Origin: Styela clava
Taxonomy: Eukaryota
Length of the DNA stretch: 64,000 bases
Reading direction: 5' to 3'
NCBI RefSeq assembly: GCF_964204865.1
Contig: NC_135257.1
Coordinates: 6,696,001-6,760,000, forward strand
Made by a program: the position numbers and the translations under genes
Part shown: in pieces, positions 63,641 through 64,000 of the stretch
How the letters are laid out: each line of letters starts with the position of its first letter
Position numbering within the stretch: the stretch's first letter is position 1
The notes under the pieces: model-generated
What the model was told of the DNA's origin: nothing
What the model saw: only the letters and a program-made list of their open reading frames with translations
Databases searched by the model: none

Positions 63641-64000
63641 GTGCAGTTCAAGAAAATATTGCAGAAGTAGTTTTATATTCAATCTTCCGAAGATATAATA
63701 CCCCGCAATATGTATTCTTATGAAGTGATTCACATCTTTGCCCTGAACAAGGCTCTAGACAGGCAAGACTGGTTTGGAGGGAGATGCTACGTCTCTTGGA
63801 AAACCAGAAGCTTTCTGATGAATCACGAAGGCTATTCACTTTATTGTATTTTAGTCGGATTGATGGTATATAGTCTGATTAAAAGATCTGTAAACTTCGA
63901 TGCCAGCAGGGTCCAAGAAGCTGATTCATCGCGCCATTATGTTGTCCTGTAACACAATAAATTCAAATTTTGCCTCTCATTTGCAGAGCTTCTAGAATCC

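Overview
AT-rich, intron-containing animal genomic DNA. The compact genes, short introns and tightly packed co-oriented genes suggest an invertebrate such as an ascidian, but that is inference only. Nine protein-coding genes were assembled by hand from GT-AG exons: ODF3/SHIPPO-like (+), an adiponectin receptor (-), CENP-V (+), ECH1 (-), ETFRF1/LYRM5 (-), intronless SEC11 (-), a type-II-membrane astacin with antistasin-like and TSP1 modules (+), an SLC10 bile-acid transporter (-), and the 5' part of a second astacin paralogue (+). Introns and intergenic DNA hold many non-autonomous DNA transposons, several nested: Buster-type hATs with nnnTAnnn TSDs, a pogo-like MITE, Helentron/DINE-1-like elements, an Academ-like relic and GG-ended MITEs. 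Main observations: (1) a tandemly duplicated active-site exon in ECH1, separated by only 48 nt and probably mutually exclusive; (2) two intact paralogous alternative last exons in ODF3, the first behind a 193-nt AG-free zone; (3) a candidate trans-spliced operon SEC11-ETFRF1-ECH1; (4) an astacin whose Met-turn Met is Thr and whose prodomain carries an antistasin-like module; (5) three candidate N-terminal exons in AdipoR; (6) clusters of TA-CCG/CGG-TA motifs near gene starts that resemble transposon excision footprints. No rRNA, tRNA or CRISPR array was seen.
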